Source: Alphaproteobacteria bacterium
GTDB taxonomy: Bacteria; Pseudomonadota; Alphaproteobacteria; SP197
DNA length: 64,000 nt
Direction of reading: 5' to 3'
NCBI GenBank assembly: GCA_965228895.1
Contig: OZ245842.1
Span: 3,424,001-3,488,000 of the forward strand
Of this stretch, positions 25,388 through 35,066 are shown in pieces; position 1 is the first letter of the stretch, and the number at the start of each line of letters is the position of its first letter. A program made the position numbers and the translations under genes. The notes under the pieces were generated by a model. It was not told the origin of the DNA and did not search any database. It saw nothing but the letters and a program-made list of their open reading frames with translations.

Positions 25388-27427
25388 ATGGCTGCCGACG
25401 ACATCGAAACCGTGACCCAGTTTCCACGCGAGGTCGTGGAGCTTCCCAACGAGTGGATCACCCTGTCGGATGGCACGCGGCTGGCAGCGCGTATCTGGAT
25501 GCCGAAGGATGCCGAAGACGACCCGGTACCGGCAATCCTGGAGTTTCTGCCCTATTGCAAACGCGACGGCACCGCCGAGCGCGACGAACTGACACACCCC
25601 TATTACGCCGGCAACGGTTATGCCTGCGTGCGCGTCGACATGCGCGGATCCGGCGAATCCGATGGCATCCTGGAAGATGAATACCTGAAGCAGGAGCAGG
25701 ATGACGGTCTGGAGATCCTGGAATGGATCGCCGCCCAGCCCTGGTGCACGGGCAAGACCGGTATGATCGGTATCTCGTGGGGCGGCTTTAACGGGTTGCA
25801 GATCGCCGCGCGCCGGCCGCCGTCCTTGAAGGCCATCGTCACCATCGCCTCGACCGACGACCGCTACGCCGACGACATCCACTACATGGGCGGCGTCATG
25901 CTGAACGACAACATGTCGTGGGCCGCCACCATGTTCGCCTTCAACACCCGCCCGCCCGATCCCAACCTGGTCGGCGACAAGTGGCGCGATCTGTGGATGC
26001 AGCGTCTGGAAGCCAACGACCCCTGGATGATCAAGTGGCTCGACCACCAGCGCCGCGACGAACAGTGGCAGCACGGTTCGGTGTGCCAGAACTATGACGA
26101 CATCGAATGCGCCGTCTACGCGGTTGGCGGTTGGGCCGACGGTTATTCGAACGCCGTGCCGCGCCTGCTCGCCAACCTCAAGGCGCCCGCCAAGGGCATT
26201 GTCGGCCCGTGGGCGCACAAGTATCCCCATTTCGCCGCGCCGGGCCCGCGTATCGGCTTCCTGCAGGATACGTTGCGCTGGTGGGACTACTGGTTGAAGG
26301 ATGTAGAGACCGGCATCATGGACGAGCCCGCCTATCGCGTGTGGATGTCCGACCACGTGCCGCCGCAGACATACTATGACGAGCGGCCCGGCCGCTGGGT
26401 CGCCGAACCGTCATGGCCCTCCGACAACGTGGAGAACCGCACGTTCCACCTAAACACAGGCGGTCTGGGCGATAGCGCCGGCGACAACAGCGCCGTCGCG
26501 ATCAACACGCCGCTCACCATGGGCGCCGGTCAGGGCGAGTGGTGTGGCTACGGCCTGGTGCCGGACGCGCCGGTCGACCAGCGTTTCGACGACGGTTGCG
26601 CCGTCGTGTTCCAGACCGAACCGCTGGACGAAGCGGTTGAAATCATGGGCGCGCCGGTACTGAACCTCACCGTCAGCGCCGACAAACCGAACGCGTTCAT
26701 CGCCGCGCGCCTGTCCGACGTCGCGCCCGACGGATCGGCGACCCGCGTCACGTATGGTGTCTTGAACCTGACCCACCGCGACAGTCACGAAAAACCGGAA
26801 GCGCTGGAGCCCGGCAAGACCTATCAGATCCGCTTGCAGTTGAACGATGCCGCACAGCGGTTCGAGAAAGGCCATCGCATCCGCGTCGCGCTTTCGAACA
26901 CAATGTGGCCGTTGTTCTGGCCGTCACCGGAACCGGTGACCGTTACCTTGACCGCAGGCGCCAGTACGCTCGACCTGCCGGTGCGCCCGCCGCGCGACGA
27001 GGACGCCAAGCTCGCACCGTTCGGCCCTCCCGAGGCGGCCGAGCCCTGGGACTTGAGTGAGGTCGAACCGGACCGGCCTTACGCACGCCGCGTCGAACGC
27101 GACGATGTCACCGGCGAGCTCGTGCAAAGCGTATCGAGCGGCGGCGGCATGTACCGCCTCAACAAACTCGGTTGGGAGTTCGGTTCGTCCTCCGACCATC
27201 GCTTTTCCGTGCGCGATGGCGACCCGACAACGGCGCGTATCACTATCGCCTGGACGGTCCGCTTCCGACGGCCCGATACCGGTTTCGACGTCAGTGCCAA
27301 GACGACGTCCACGATCACCTGCACCAAGGACAGCTTCATCTTTTCCGCCGACCAGGAGGCCTTCGAAGGCGATAAGCGCATCCAGGCCAAGACCTGGAAT
27401 ACGGAAGCCAAACGCGATCTGAACTAA
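25388..27427 (+). CDS. CocE/NonD family serine hydrolase (peptidase S15-like)
   Basis: LSDGTRLAARIW, PYCKRD, VDMRGSGESDG, nucleophile GISWGG, GGWADGY, GPWAH, C-terminal PepX-like domain. Confidence 0.93.
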   Translation: MAADDIETVTQFPREVVELPNEWITLSDGTRLAARIWMPKDAEDDPVPAILEFLPYCKRDGTAERDELTHPYYAGNGYACVRVDMRGSGESDGILEDEYLKQEQDDGLEILEWIAAQPWCTGKTGMIGISWGGFNGLQIAARRPPSLKAIVTIASTDDRYADDIHYMGGVMLNDNMSWAATMFAFNTRPPDPNLVGDKWRDLWMQRLEANDPWMIKWLDHQRRDEQWQHGSVCQNYDDIECAVYAVGGWADGYSNAVPRLLANLKAPAKGIVGPWAHKYPHFAAPGPRIGFLQDTLRWWDYWLKDVETGIMDEPAYRVWMSDHVPPQTYYDERPGRWVAEPSWPSDNVENRTFHLNTGGLGDSAGDNSAVAINTPLTMGAGQGEWCGYGLVPDAPVDQRFDDGCAVVFQTEPLDEAVEIMGAPVLNLTVSADKPNAFIAARLSDVAPDGSATRVTYGVLNLTHRDSHEKPEALEPGKTYQIRLQLNDAAQRFEKGHRIRVALSNTMWPLFWPSPEPVTVTLTAGASTLDLPVRPPRDEDAKLAPFGPPEAAEPWDLSEVEPDRPYARRVERDDVTGELVQSVSSGGGMYRLNKLGWEFGSSSDHRFSVRDGDPTTARITIAWTVRFRRPDTGFDVSAKTTSTITCTKDSFIFSADQEAFEGDKRIQAKTWNTEAKRDLN

Positions 27428-27448
27428 CTCGCGGCGCAAAGAACGTTA

Positions 27449-27477
27449 CCGCGCCCCGGATCAAGTCCGGGGCGCGG
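27449..27477. repeat. REP-like hairpin / possible terminator
   Basis: Perfect 12-bp stem CCGCGCCCCGGA-TCAAG-TCCGGGGCGCGG; same CCCGG.TCAAG.CCGGG core as 2344-2368. Confidence 0.7.
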
Positions 27478-27576
27478 ATGTGACGTCACAACACCGCCAG
27501 TACCGCGCCGCAACAACCTGGACAGGCGGTCAAAAGGGTTGACACCGGGCGCGATCCATCGCCCGATGTTCAGACT

Positions 27577-28521
27577 ATGTGGCTATACACATTACAGCGC
27601 CTGGGGCTCGCTGTTCTCATCGTTTGCTTGGCCTTGTTGATCCTGTTGAGCGCCATCCATATGGTGCCCGGCGATCCGGCCGGCATAGCGCTGGGCCCCC
27701 GTGCGACGCCAGAGATGCGTGAGGCGTTCAAGGCCAAGATGGGCTTGGACAAGCCCTTTGTTATTCAATACGTCACCTTCCTGGGCAACGTCGTCACCGG
27801 CGACCTTGGTTCCGATGTCTGGTCCAACCGCCCAGTCAGCCGGATCATCGGCGAACAGCTGCCGCACACCTTGGCGCTGACGTTCATGGGTCTGGGCTGG
27901 GCCGTGTTGATCGGCATCCCCATGGGTTGTTTTTCCGCCGTCAACCGCAACAGTTGGCTCGACAAACTGACCGGTGTCCTGTCGGTCGCGGTTATCGCGA
28001 TACCATCGTTTGTTGTCGCGCTCTACGCCTTGCTGCTGTTCGCGGTCGAGCTTCGATGGCTGCCGGCGATCGGCGCCGGCGAACCCGGCGATCTTTGGGA
28101 CCAGTTCCGCCATCTGATACTACCGTCGATTGCAGTCGGTCTGGGTTGGGTCGGTTATTTGGCGCGTATCGTGCGCGCCTCGATGCTGGAGATCCTGGGC
28201 GAGAACTTTATTCGCATGGCGCGCGCCTATGGCTTGCCGAAAGCCCGCATAACCTATGTCTACGCGTTGAAGCTCGGCATTTTGCCGACGGTGGCGCTTC
28301 TGGGCGTTGGTATCGGCGCGCTGCTGTCAGGCGCCGTCTTCGCCGAGATCATCTTTGCGCGGCCCGGCATCGGCAAGATGGTCTATGACGCCGTGCAGAC
28401 CCGCAACTATCCCATTGTCATGGGTGGCGTTTTGGTCACCACCGTTCTCTTTGCCTTGGCGACCTTGATCGCCGATCTCATCACCGCAACCCTGGATCCC
28501 CGTGTCCGTCAAAGCCTCTAA
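27577..28521 (+). CDS. Peptide/nickel ABC transporter permease (DppB/OppB-like)
   Basis: PGDPA, GLDKP...QY, GDLG, EAA-loop ARAYGL, RNYPIVMG, LDPRV. Confidence 0.95.
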   Translation: MWLYTLQRLGLAVLIVCLALLILLSAIHMVPGDPAGIALGPRATPEMREAFKAKMGLDKPFVIQYVTFLGNVVTGDLGSDVWSNRPVSRIIGEQLPHTLALTFMGLGWAVLIGIPMGCFSAVNRNSWLDKLTGVLSVAVIAIPSFVVALYALLLFAVELRWLPAIGAGEPGDLWDQFRHLILPSIAVGLGWVGYLARIVRASMLEILGENFIRMARAYGLPKARITYVYALKLGILPTVALLGVGIGALLSGAVFAEIIFARPGIGKMVYDAVQTRNYPIVMGGVLVTTVLFALATLIADLITATLDPRVRQSL

Positions 28522-29413
28522 CATAAGCGCCGCCGAACCGTCGGCCGACGCGGACGCCCCGATCCGGCGCGATCCGCGCTTCGCGTGGCTGTGGCAGCTT
28601 CTGCGCGAACCGCTGGGTTGTTTCGGTCTGATCCTGGTGTTGCTGATCGTCTTCAGCGCCGTCGGCGCCGATTTCCTCGCACCTTATGACTATAAAGCCC
28701 TAAACGTGCAGGCTCGGTTGGAGCCGCCCAGTTGGGCGCACCTGATGGGCACCGACAACCTGGGCCGCGATACGTTCAGCCGCATCCTGTATGGCGGACG
28801 CATTGCGCTGGTGGTGGCTTTTGTCGCGGTCGGCGGCTCGCTGGTCATCGGCCTGATCCTCGGCATGCTCGCCGGTTACGGCCCGCGCTGGCTCGACAAC
28901 CTCGTTCTCCTGGTCTTCGACGCCGTCCGCTCGTTCCCCTACATCATGTTCGCGCTGGCCGTTATCACCGTGGTCGGCCCCAGTCTCTACACCATCATCT
29001 TTGTCGTCGTGGTGACGTCGGTGCCGGGCTATGGGCGCATTGTGCGTTCCGCGACGCTATCGATACGCAATACCGAATTCATTCTGGCCGAACGATCGCT
29101 CGGTGCCGGCACCATGCGCGTGCTCGGTCAGCACGTTCTGCCGAACGTCGTCGCGCCGCTTCTGATCCTGGGCAGCATGGATATTCCGGTTGTCATCACG
29201 TTCGAAGCCGGCCTCTCCTTCCTCGGCCTCGGCGTCAAACCGCCGACGCCAAGCTGGGGTTCGATTCTGAACGACGGTTTCGGTTTCATCCGCAACACGC
29301 CGTGGCTGGTGGTCGCCGGCGGCATTCCGCTGATCCTGACGACACTGGGCTTCACCTTCTTAGGCGAAGCGTTGCGCGACGTCTTCGATCCCAAACTCAA
29401 GAAGGACCGATGA
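28502..29413 (+). CDS. Peptide/nickel ABC transporter permease (DppC/OppC-like)
   Basis: HLMGTDNLGRD, AERSLGA, HVLPN, EAGLSFLGLG...PSWG, GEALRDVFDP. Confidence 0.95.
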   Translation: MSVKASNISAAEPSADADAPIRRDPRFAWLWQLLREPLGCFGLILVLLIVFSAVGADFLAPYDYKALNVQARLEPPSWAHLMGTDNLGRDTFSRILYGGRIALVVAFVAVGGSLVIGLILGMLAGYGPRWLDNLVLLVFDAVRSFPYIMFALAVITVVGPSLYTIIFVVVVTSVPGYGRIVRSATLSIRNTEFILAERSLGAGTMRVLGQHVLPNVVAPLLILGSMDIPVVITFEAGLSFLGLGVKPPTPSWGSILNDGFGFIRNTPWLVVAGGIPLILTTLGFTFLGEALRDVFDPKLKKDR

Positions 29414-30414
29414 GCGACCAGGGGAGCACATCGGCCAACGGCGGCGGCGCGAACGTCCTTGATATCAAGGATCTTTCGATCAGCTTCCGTACCGCGCGCG
29501 GCACCGTGCGTGCGCTGCGCCACGTCAACCTGCAGGTACCAAGAAACAAGGTCGTCGGCATCGTCGGCGAGTCCGGTTGCGGCAAGTCGACGCTGATTTG
29601 GACGGTCCTGCAACTGCTGGCGCCTAACGCCATGGTCGATTCCGGCGAGGTGTTGTTCGAGGGCGAAGACCTGCTGACCAAGCCTGAGTCCGAGCTCACC
29701 AACATTCGCGGCCAGCGCATTTCAACGATCTTCCAGGATCCGATGACGGCCTTGAACCCGGTCATCTCGATCGGCACGCAGATGACGGATATCCAATACC
29801 GTCTGAAGTCGTCGATGGCGGAAAAGCGCAAGCGCGCCGCCGATATGCTGGCAAGTGTCGGCATTCCCGATCCGGCTGAGCGGTTGAACGAGTACCCCCA
29901 TCAGTTCTCCGGCGGCATGCGCCAGCGTATCTGCATCGCCATGGCACTGATGATGAACCCGCCGCTGTTGATCGCCGACGAACCGACGACGGCGCTCGAT
30001 GTCACGCTGGAAGCGCAGATCATCCATCTGATGCGCGAACTGCAGCGTGACTTCGAATGTTCCATGATGTTCGTCAGCCATAATCTCGGCCTGATCGCCG
30101 AACTGTGCGACGAGGTCGTCGTCATGTATGCCGGCGAAGTCGTCGAACAGGGCGAGGTGCGCGACCTCTTTCACAACGCCCAGCATCCCTATACGCAGAT
30201 GCTGCTGGAATGCGACCCCGCCCGTATCGAAGAGCGCATGCGTAACCTGCCGACCATTTCCGGCAGCGTGCCCGACATGATCGACCTGCCGCCCGGCTGC
30301 ATCTTCGCGCCACGTTGTCCGAAGGCCTATGAGCCGTGCCTGCAGGAACCGCCGGCGACCTATGACGTGCGTTCCGATCACGGCGCCCGCTGCTTCCTGG
30401 TGCGCGATGCCTGA
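29410..30414 (+). CDS. Peptide ABC transporter ATP-binding protein (DppD-like)
   Basis: ATGA overlap with the upstream stop; GESGCGKS, YPHQFSGGMRQR, DEPTTALD, HPYT, C-terminal GCIFAPRC. Confidence 0.95.
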   Translation: MSDQGSTSANGGGANVLDIKDLSISFRTARGTVRALRHVNLQVPRNKVVGIVGESGCGKSTLIWTVLQLLAPNAMVDSGEVLFEGEDLLTKPESELTNIRGQRISTIFQDPMTALNPVISIGTQMTDIQYRLKSSMAEKRKRAADMLASVGIPDPAERLNEYPHQFSGGMRQRICIAMALMMNPPLLIADEPTTALDVTLEAQIIHLMRELQRDFECSMMFVSHNLGLIAELCDEVVVMYAGEVVEQGEVRDLFHNAQHPYTQMLLECDPARIEERMRNLPTISGSVPDMIDLPPGCIFAPRCPKAYEPCLQEPPATYDVRSDHGARCFLVRDA

Positions 30415-31417
30415 GCTTCTTGAAATCGATGACCTGCGCGTCAGGTTCCGCGTCGCCGGCTTCATCAAGAGCCTGATCAGCCAGATCGACGACCCCTTTA
30501 TCGACGCGGTCATGCATGTCAGTTTTCACCTGAAGCGCGGCGAGACCTTCGGACTGGTCGGCGAATCCGGTTCGGGCAAAACCACGCTGGGCCGCGCCAT
30601 CATCGGTCTGGTCGATGCTCAGGAAGGCAGCATCCGGTTCGAGGACAAGGAACTCGTCGGCCTGGCGAGCGGCGCCTACAAACATGTTCGGCGCAACATC
30701 GCCATGATGTTTCAGGATCCCATCGCTTCGCTCAGCCCGCGTAAAAAGGTACGCAGCCAGCTTAAAGAACCGTTCAAGATTCACGGCGTCTCCGACAACA
30801 ACCTGGATCAGGAAGCCCGGCGCCTGCTGAACCTGGTCGGCCTGCACGAAGGTTTCCTGGGCGCTTATCCACACCAGCTTTCCGGCGGTCAGGCGCGCCG
30901 CGTCGGCGTTGCCCGCGCGCTCGCGCTGAACCCGAAGATGATCATCGCTGACGAACCGACCGCCGGCCTCGACGTGTCGGTGCAAGGCGAGATCCTGAAC
31001 CTGATGAACCGGCTACAGGACGAAATGGGCCTGAGCTATCTGGTCATCACCCATAACCTGCCGGTCGTGCGTCACATTTCCGATCGGTTGGCCATCATGT
31101 ACCTCGGCCGTTTTGTTGAAACCGGCCCGACCGACGTCATATTCAAAAGGCCTGCGCATCCTTACACCCTGGGCCTGCTGTCGGCGGTACCGGAGCCCGA
31201 CCCGGACAAGAAACGCGCGGAGGTCGAGCTGAAGGGCGAGGTGCCGTCGCTGCGCCGCCGCCCGTCCGGCTGCGAGTTCAACACCCGCTGTCCCTTCGCC
31301 CAGGCCAAATGCCGCGAGGTCGTGCCGGCCTATACCGAGATCGAACCCGGTCGCTGGACAAGCTGCCACTTCCCCTTCCCCGACCCCGCCGACGCCAAGG
31401 AAGCCGGGACGATTTAG
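30407..31417 (+). CDS. Peptide ABC transporter ATP-binding protein (DppF-like)
   Basis: GESGSGKT, YPHQLSGGQ, DEPTAGLD, HPYT, GCEFNTRCP. Confidence 0.95.
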   Translation: MPELLEIDDLRVRFRVAGFIKSLISQIDDPFIDAVMHVSFHLKRGETFGLVGESGSGKTTLGRAIIGLVDAQEGSIRFEDKELVGLASGAYKHVRRNIAMMFQDPIASLSPRKKVRSQLKEPFKIHGVSDNNLDQEARRLLNLVGLHEGFLGAYPHQLSGGQARRVGVARALALNPKMIIADEPTAGLDVSVQGEILNLMNRLQDEMGLSYLVITHNLPVVRHISDRLAIMYLGRFVETGPTDVIFKRPAHPYTLGLLSAVPEPDPDKKRAEVELKGEVPSLRRRPSGCEFNTRCPFAQAKCREVVPAYTEIEPGRWTSCHFPFPDPADAKEAGTI

Positions 31418-32388
31418 CGCGCGGCGCTGCCACGTCTGCTGGCAATGGGAACCTCATACCCCCGCTGTTCGGGTTCATGATCAACCAGAAATTCTGGAAA
31501 ACCCGCGGCGCGCAGATCTTCGCCACAGTCATCTTCCAATCGCTTGACCACCATGGATGACCAGACCCGCGGACCATAGCGTTTGAGGCCGTCGCGCATG
31601 ATCTCGACACATAGCGGCGACAATTCGAGCGGCACCGAAAGGCTCTTGCCGAGTTGATCAAACAGGGTCAGATCCTTGACTTCGTGGTCCATGGTAAAAT
31701 TGATGTTGTAACTGCCGTTCAAGATGAGCTGACCTTCCGTCTCATGAACAAAGGAGTTGCCGGACGAGACGCGAATGGCCTCATAGGCTACGCCAAGATC
31801 AATGCCGGCTTTCTTGGCCACCATGAAAGCCTCACCGGTCGAGATGAGCTGCACGCCGGCCAGATAGTTCGTGATGACCTTCAAGACAGATGCGGATCCA
31901 AGCGAACCCGTGTGGACGATCTGGCGGCCCATGACGGTCAGCAGCGGCAGCACCGTCTCGAAGGCTGCACGCTCGCCACCGGCGAAGATGGCGATGTTAC
32001 CCGTGGTCGCGCGGTGACAGCCGCCAGAGACCGGCGTATCCATCGCGACAGCACCCTTCGCCGCGACAAGGGCGCCCAAGCGTTTCACCTCCGCATCATC
32101 GGTCGTCGACATCTCCATCCATATTTTGCCGTCAGACAGGCCATCGAGGATGCCGTCTTGTTGTTCCATAACTTCTGCAGAGACGTCTGGGGATGGCAGG
32201 CAAGTGATAACGACGACGCTTGCTTCGGCCAGCGCCCGTCCGGTGTCGGCCCAGGTGGCCCCTGCCGCGAGCAAAGGGGCGGCAGCAGCCGCATCGATGT
32301 CGCGCACGGTTACCGCAAACCCCGCACGCAACAGGCTGCCGGCCAGTTTCGCGCCGACATTGCCGAGACCGACAAATCCAATTCTCAT
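31414..32388 (-). CDS. 3-hydroxyisobutyrate dehydrogenase-family NAD(P)-dependent oxidoreductase
   Basis: GFVGLGNVG, EMST, DTPVSGG, catalytic K in LKVITN, SSGNSFVHETE. Confidence 0.92.
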   Translation of the reverse strand: MRIGFVGLGNVGAKLAGSLLRAGFAVTVRDIDAAAAAPLLAAGATWADTGRALAEASVVVITCLPSPDVSAEVMEQQDGILDGLSDGKIWMEMSTTDDAEVKRLGALVAAKGAVAMDTPVSGGCHRATTGNIAIFAGGERAAFETVLPLLTVMGRQIVHTGSLGSASVLKVITNYLAGVQLISTGEAFMVAKKAGIDLGVAYEAIRVSSGNSFVHETEGQLILNGSYNINFTMDHEVKDLTLFDQLGKSLSVPLELSPLCVEIMRDGLKRYGPRVWSSMVVKRLEDDCGEDLRAAGFPEFLVDHEPEQRGYEVPIASRRGSAAR

Positions 32389-32421
32389 GTTGCTGTTACT
32401 CCTCGCAAAAAACCAATCGGC

Positions 32422-33972
32422 TCACGTCCGCGCGTAGTTCTTTGTCGCGTCGGACCGCACATATTGTTTGGAGGCATCGAAAAACGGCTGATAGTCCCAG
32501 TGGGTGCCGTTTCGATGCATGGCAGGCAGAATGATCTTCTTGCATTGCAGCCGACGCTGAATCTCCGGCTGAATGCCGTCGGTGTCGAACGTCGTCACAA
32601 TGATGTCGTGGAGTTCTTTCTCAATGTCCTCGTGTTCCGGCTGGCCGGCGAGATTCCGCCATTCTCCCGGATCGGCGACCACGTCGAACAACTGCGGGTT
32701 TGCGTCCTGAATATAGGTGTATTTGAAACGGCCCCGACGGATCATGAAACAGGCGCGAAACGGCCCTTCGCCATGGTATTCGGAAATCGCCATACGGTTT
32801 GCGCCGTCGTCTGTTCCATCAACCAGCGCCAGCAGGCTCTCGCCTTCCATGGGAAGCCGCATGTCTTCGCCGATCCCTGCACAATCAAGCATGGTAGGCG
32901 CAAGATCGATCAGGGATACCGGTGTGTCGAGGCGCTTGCCGGCCGGTATGCCTGGTCCCGACAGAATGAGCGGGATGCGCGACGACCATTCATAGAAACT
33001 GCGTTTCTGGATCATGCCTTTTTCGCCAAGCATGTCACCGTGGTCACCGGAAAATATGATCACCGTGTCGTCGGATAGACCCTGTTCGTCCAAGACATCA
33101 AGCAGCTTGCCGACTTTGCAATCGACATAACTCAACAACGCGTAATAGCCGTGGCGCATCCGGGCGATACTCTCGGCACTAACCACGTCGCGGATGGTGT
33201 CCAGGCCATGCCATTTGTTCAGCGCGCGATCCATGGCGGAATAGGTCTCCGCCATGTTGTCGGGAAACGCCGGCACGTCGATCGGCGCGCCTTCATACAG
33301 ATCCCAGAACTCCTTGGGCGCGATGAAGGGTGGATGCGGGCTGGTGAATGACGTCACCAGGCAGAACGGCTCGTCGTGTTCGGCCCGCAGAAACTCCAAG
33401 CTGCGGAACGCGTTTTCTTCGTCGAACTGAAGCTCGAGCACCCAACCTGGCCCAACCCCGTCGCCTTGGTACTGACTGGGAAAATCGAACGCCATGCCTT
33501 CGGCATTCGCCCGCGGTTCCTCGTACGTCCAGTCATAGGTTGACGGATAGACATCCGTCGTCAGACGTCTTCTGAAGCCGTGTAACTGATCTGCCCCAAT
33601 GAAATGCATCTTGCCGCTGAGAACCGTCTCGTAGCCAGCGTTTGTGAGGTAGTGGGCGAAGGTCGGCACAAGGGAAGGAAACGAGTCACCGTTGTCGTAA
33701 CACCCGATCAGCGACGCACTTCTTCCGGTCATAAAGGAGGATCGGGCGGGCACGCAGCATGGGCAAGGCGTGTACGCGGCATCAAAGCGTACGCCGCGCT
33801 CCACGAGCCGATTGAGATGAGGTGTCTGGACCACGTTGTGCCCATAAGCGCCGAGCAGAAATGGTGTGATCTGATCGGCCAGAATCACCAGAAAATTCGG
33901 TGTGGTTGGCGTTCCCTTCATCATGGCATTCGCGCTCCGACCAGCATGGCTTTCTATCGTTTCGTTCGGCAT
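32422..33972 (-). CDS. betC: Choline-sulfatase-like sulfatase
   Basis: ADQ, CxPxR (CVPAR) FGly motif, SGKMHFIGADQLHGF, DHGDMLGE, SEYHGEG, C-terminal WDYQP...QYVR typical of choline sulfatases. Confidence 0.82.
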   Translation of the reverse strand: MPNETIESHAGRSANAMMKGTPTTPNFLVILADQITPFLLGAYGHNVVQTPHLNRLVERGVRFDAAYTPCPCCVPARSSFMTGRSASLIGCYDNGDSFPSLVPTFAHYLTNAGYETVLSGKMHFIGADQLHGFRRRLTTDVYPSTYDWTYEEPRANAEGMAFDFPSQYQGDGVGPGWVLELQFDEENAFRSLEFLRAEHDEPFCLVTSFTSPHPPFIAPKEFWDLYEGAPIDVPAFPDNMAETYSAMDRALNKWHGLDTIRDVVSAESIARMRHGYYALLSYVDCKVGKLLDVLDEQGLSDDTVIIFSGDHGDMLGEKGMIQKRSFYEWSSRIPLILSGPGIPAGKRLDTPVSLIDLAPTMLDCAGIGEDMRLPMEGESLLALVDGTDDGANRMAISEYHGEGPFRACFMIRRGRFKYTYIQDANPQLFDVVADPGEWRNLAGQPEHEDIEKELHDIIVTTFDTDGIQPEIQRRLQCKKIILPAMHRNGTHWDYQPFFDASKQYVRSDATKNYART

Positions 33973-34124
33973 CTAAAGCTTTGCCCTAAAGACCAAATTC
34001 CGGATGCCGAACACGACTCGACCATCCGGAAGACGGAGTGTGTGGCCATGCTTGGCAAAAACAAAATGAATGATTATAGGTCTAAGGCATCGATTTGTTT
34101 GTCCATAATTCGGGACCTAATCCC

Positions 34125-35054
34125 ATGCGTTATCACGTACCGGCCCTACCCGCCCTGCACGCCTTTGAAGCGGCAGCGCGACATGAAAGTTTTGCCGCAG
34201 CAGCGAACGAATTGAACGTGACTCAGGCGGCGGTCAGCCATCGCGTCCGGCTGCTCGAAAACGAACTGGGATGCAAACTCTTCGAACGCAGGCCGCGCAA
34301 ATTGGTCCTCACCGAGATGGGCAAGGCGTACTTGCCACCTGTACGCAAAGCTTTCGACGGCCTCTCGATTTCCACCGCGGGGCTGTTCGGTCCAACAAGG
34401 ACGCGGGCGCGATCGCTCAAGATACGCGCACCCATATCCTTTGCGACGCTCTGGTTGGCGCCACGCCTCGATGGTTTCAGCAAACTCTATCCGGACATTG
34501 ATCTGCGGCTCAATTCATCGATCTGGGCAGAAAAAATGCCGGGCGACGACATGGATATCGAGATCCGGTTTGGCCACGGTCTGTGGGACGGCTATAACGC
34601 CGAGCGCATTAGCAGTGAAATTGGCGTGCCGGTTTGCAGCCCCGAGACCAGGAAAGCAGTCGGTCACATCCGCAAGGTAAGCGACCTGACAAGCGTCGAA
34701 CCGATCTACACGTTGAGTCTCGAGGATTTGTGGCAACGCATGTTCCGCTTGGCCGCGTTGTCGGACGACGCCATGCCCGCCGGGGTCGTTGTTGATTCCA
34801 CCATGGCCGCTCTTGAGCTTGCAGCAGCCAGCCGGCGTTTTGCCATCGCTCCGACAAATCTCCTTGCGCCCTACTTGGAGTCCAGGCGCCTCGTCGTCGC
34901 CCTCGATACCGCCGTCCCGATCGAGCCGGCCAACCACCTCTTGACGCCCACCACCTCGCAGGCACCCAAACCTGAAGTTCTCCTCTTTCGCGAATGGCTC
35001 TTGAAACAGGCCGCACAACAGGCATCGGAGTGGGAGCGATACACGTTCTCCTGA
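34125..35054 (+). CDS. LysR family transcriptional regulator (GcvA-like), divergent from sulfatase
   Basis: LPALHAFEAAARHESFAAAANELNVTQAAVSHRVR; WLAPRL; DIEIRFG. Confidence 0.95.
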   Translation: MRYHVPALPALHAFEAAARHESFAAAANELNVTQAAVSHRVRLLENELGCKLFERRPRKLVLTEMGKAYLPPVRKAFDGLSISTAGLFGPTRTRARSLKIRAPISFATLWLAPRLDGFSKLYPDIDLRLNSSIWAEKMPGDDMDIEIRFGHGLWDGYNAERISSEIGVPVCSPETRKAVGHIRKVSDLTSVEPIYTLSLEDLWQRMFRLAALSDDAMPAGVVVDSTMAALELAAASRRFAIAPTNLLAPYLESRRLVVALDTAVPIEPANHLLTPTTSQAPKPEVLLFREWLLKQAAQQASEWERYTFS

Positions 35055-35066
35055 TCCGCGACGGTG

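Noticed and set aside
28732-29409. N-terminal extensions in the ORF track (560-aa DppD, 498-aa amidohydrolase, 552-aa APC permease)
   Set aside because: The extensions overlap upstream genes in another frame and are Arg/Pro-rich noise; the true starts are 29410, 43935 and 54261.
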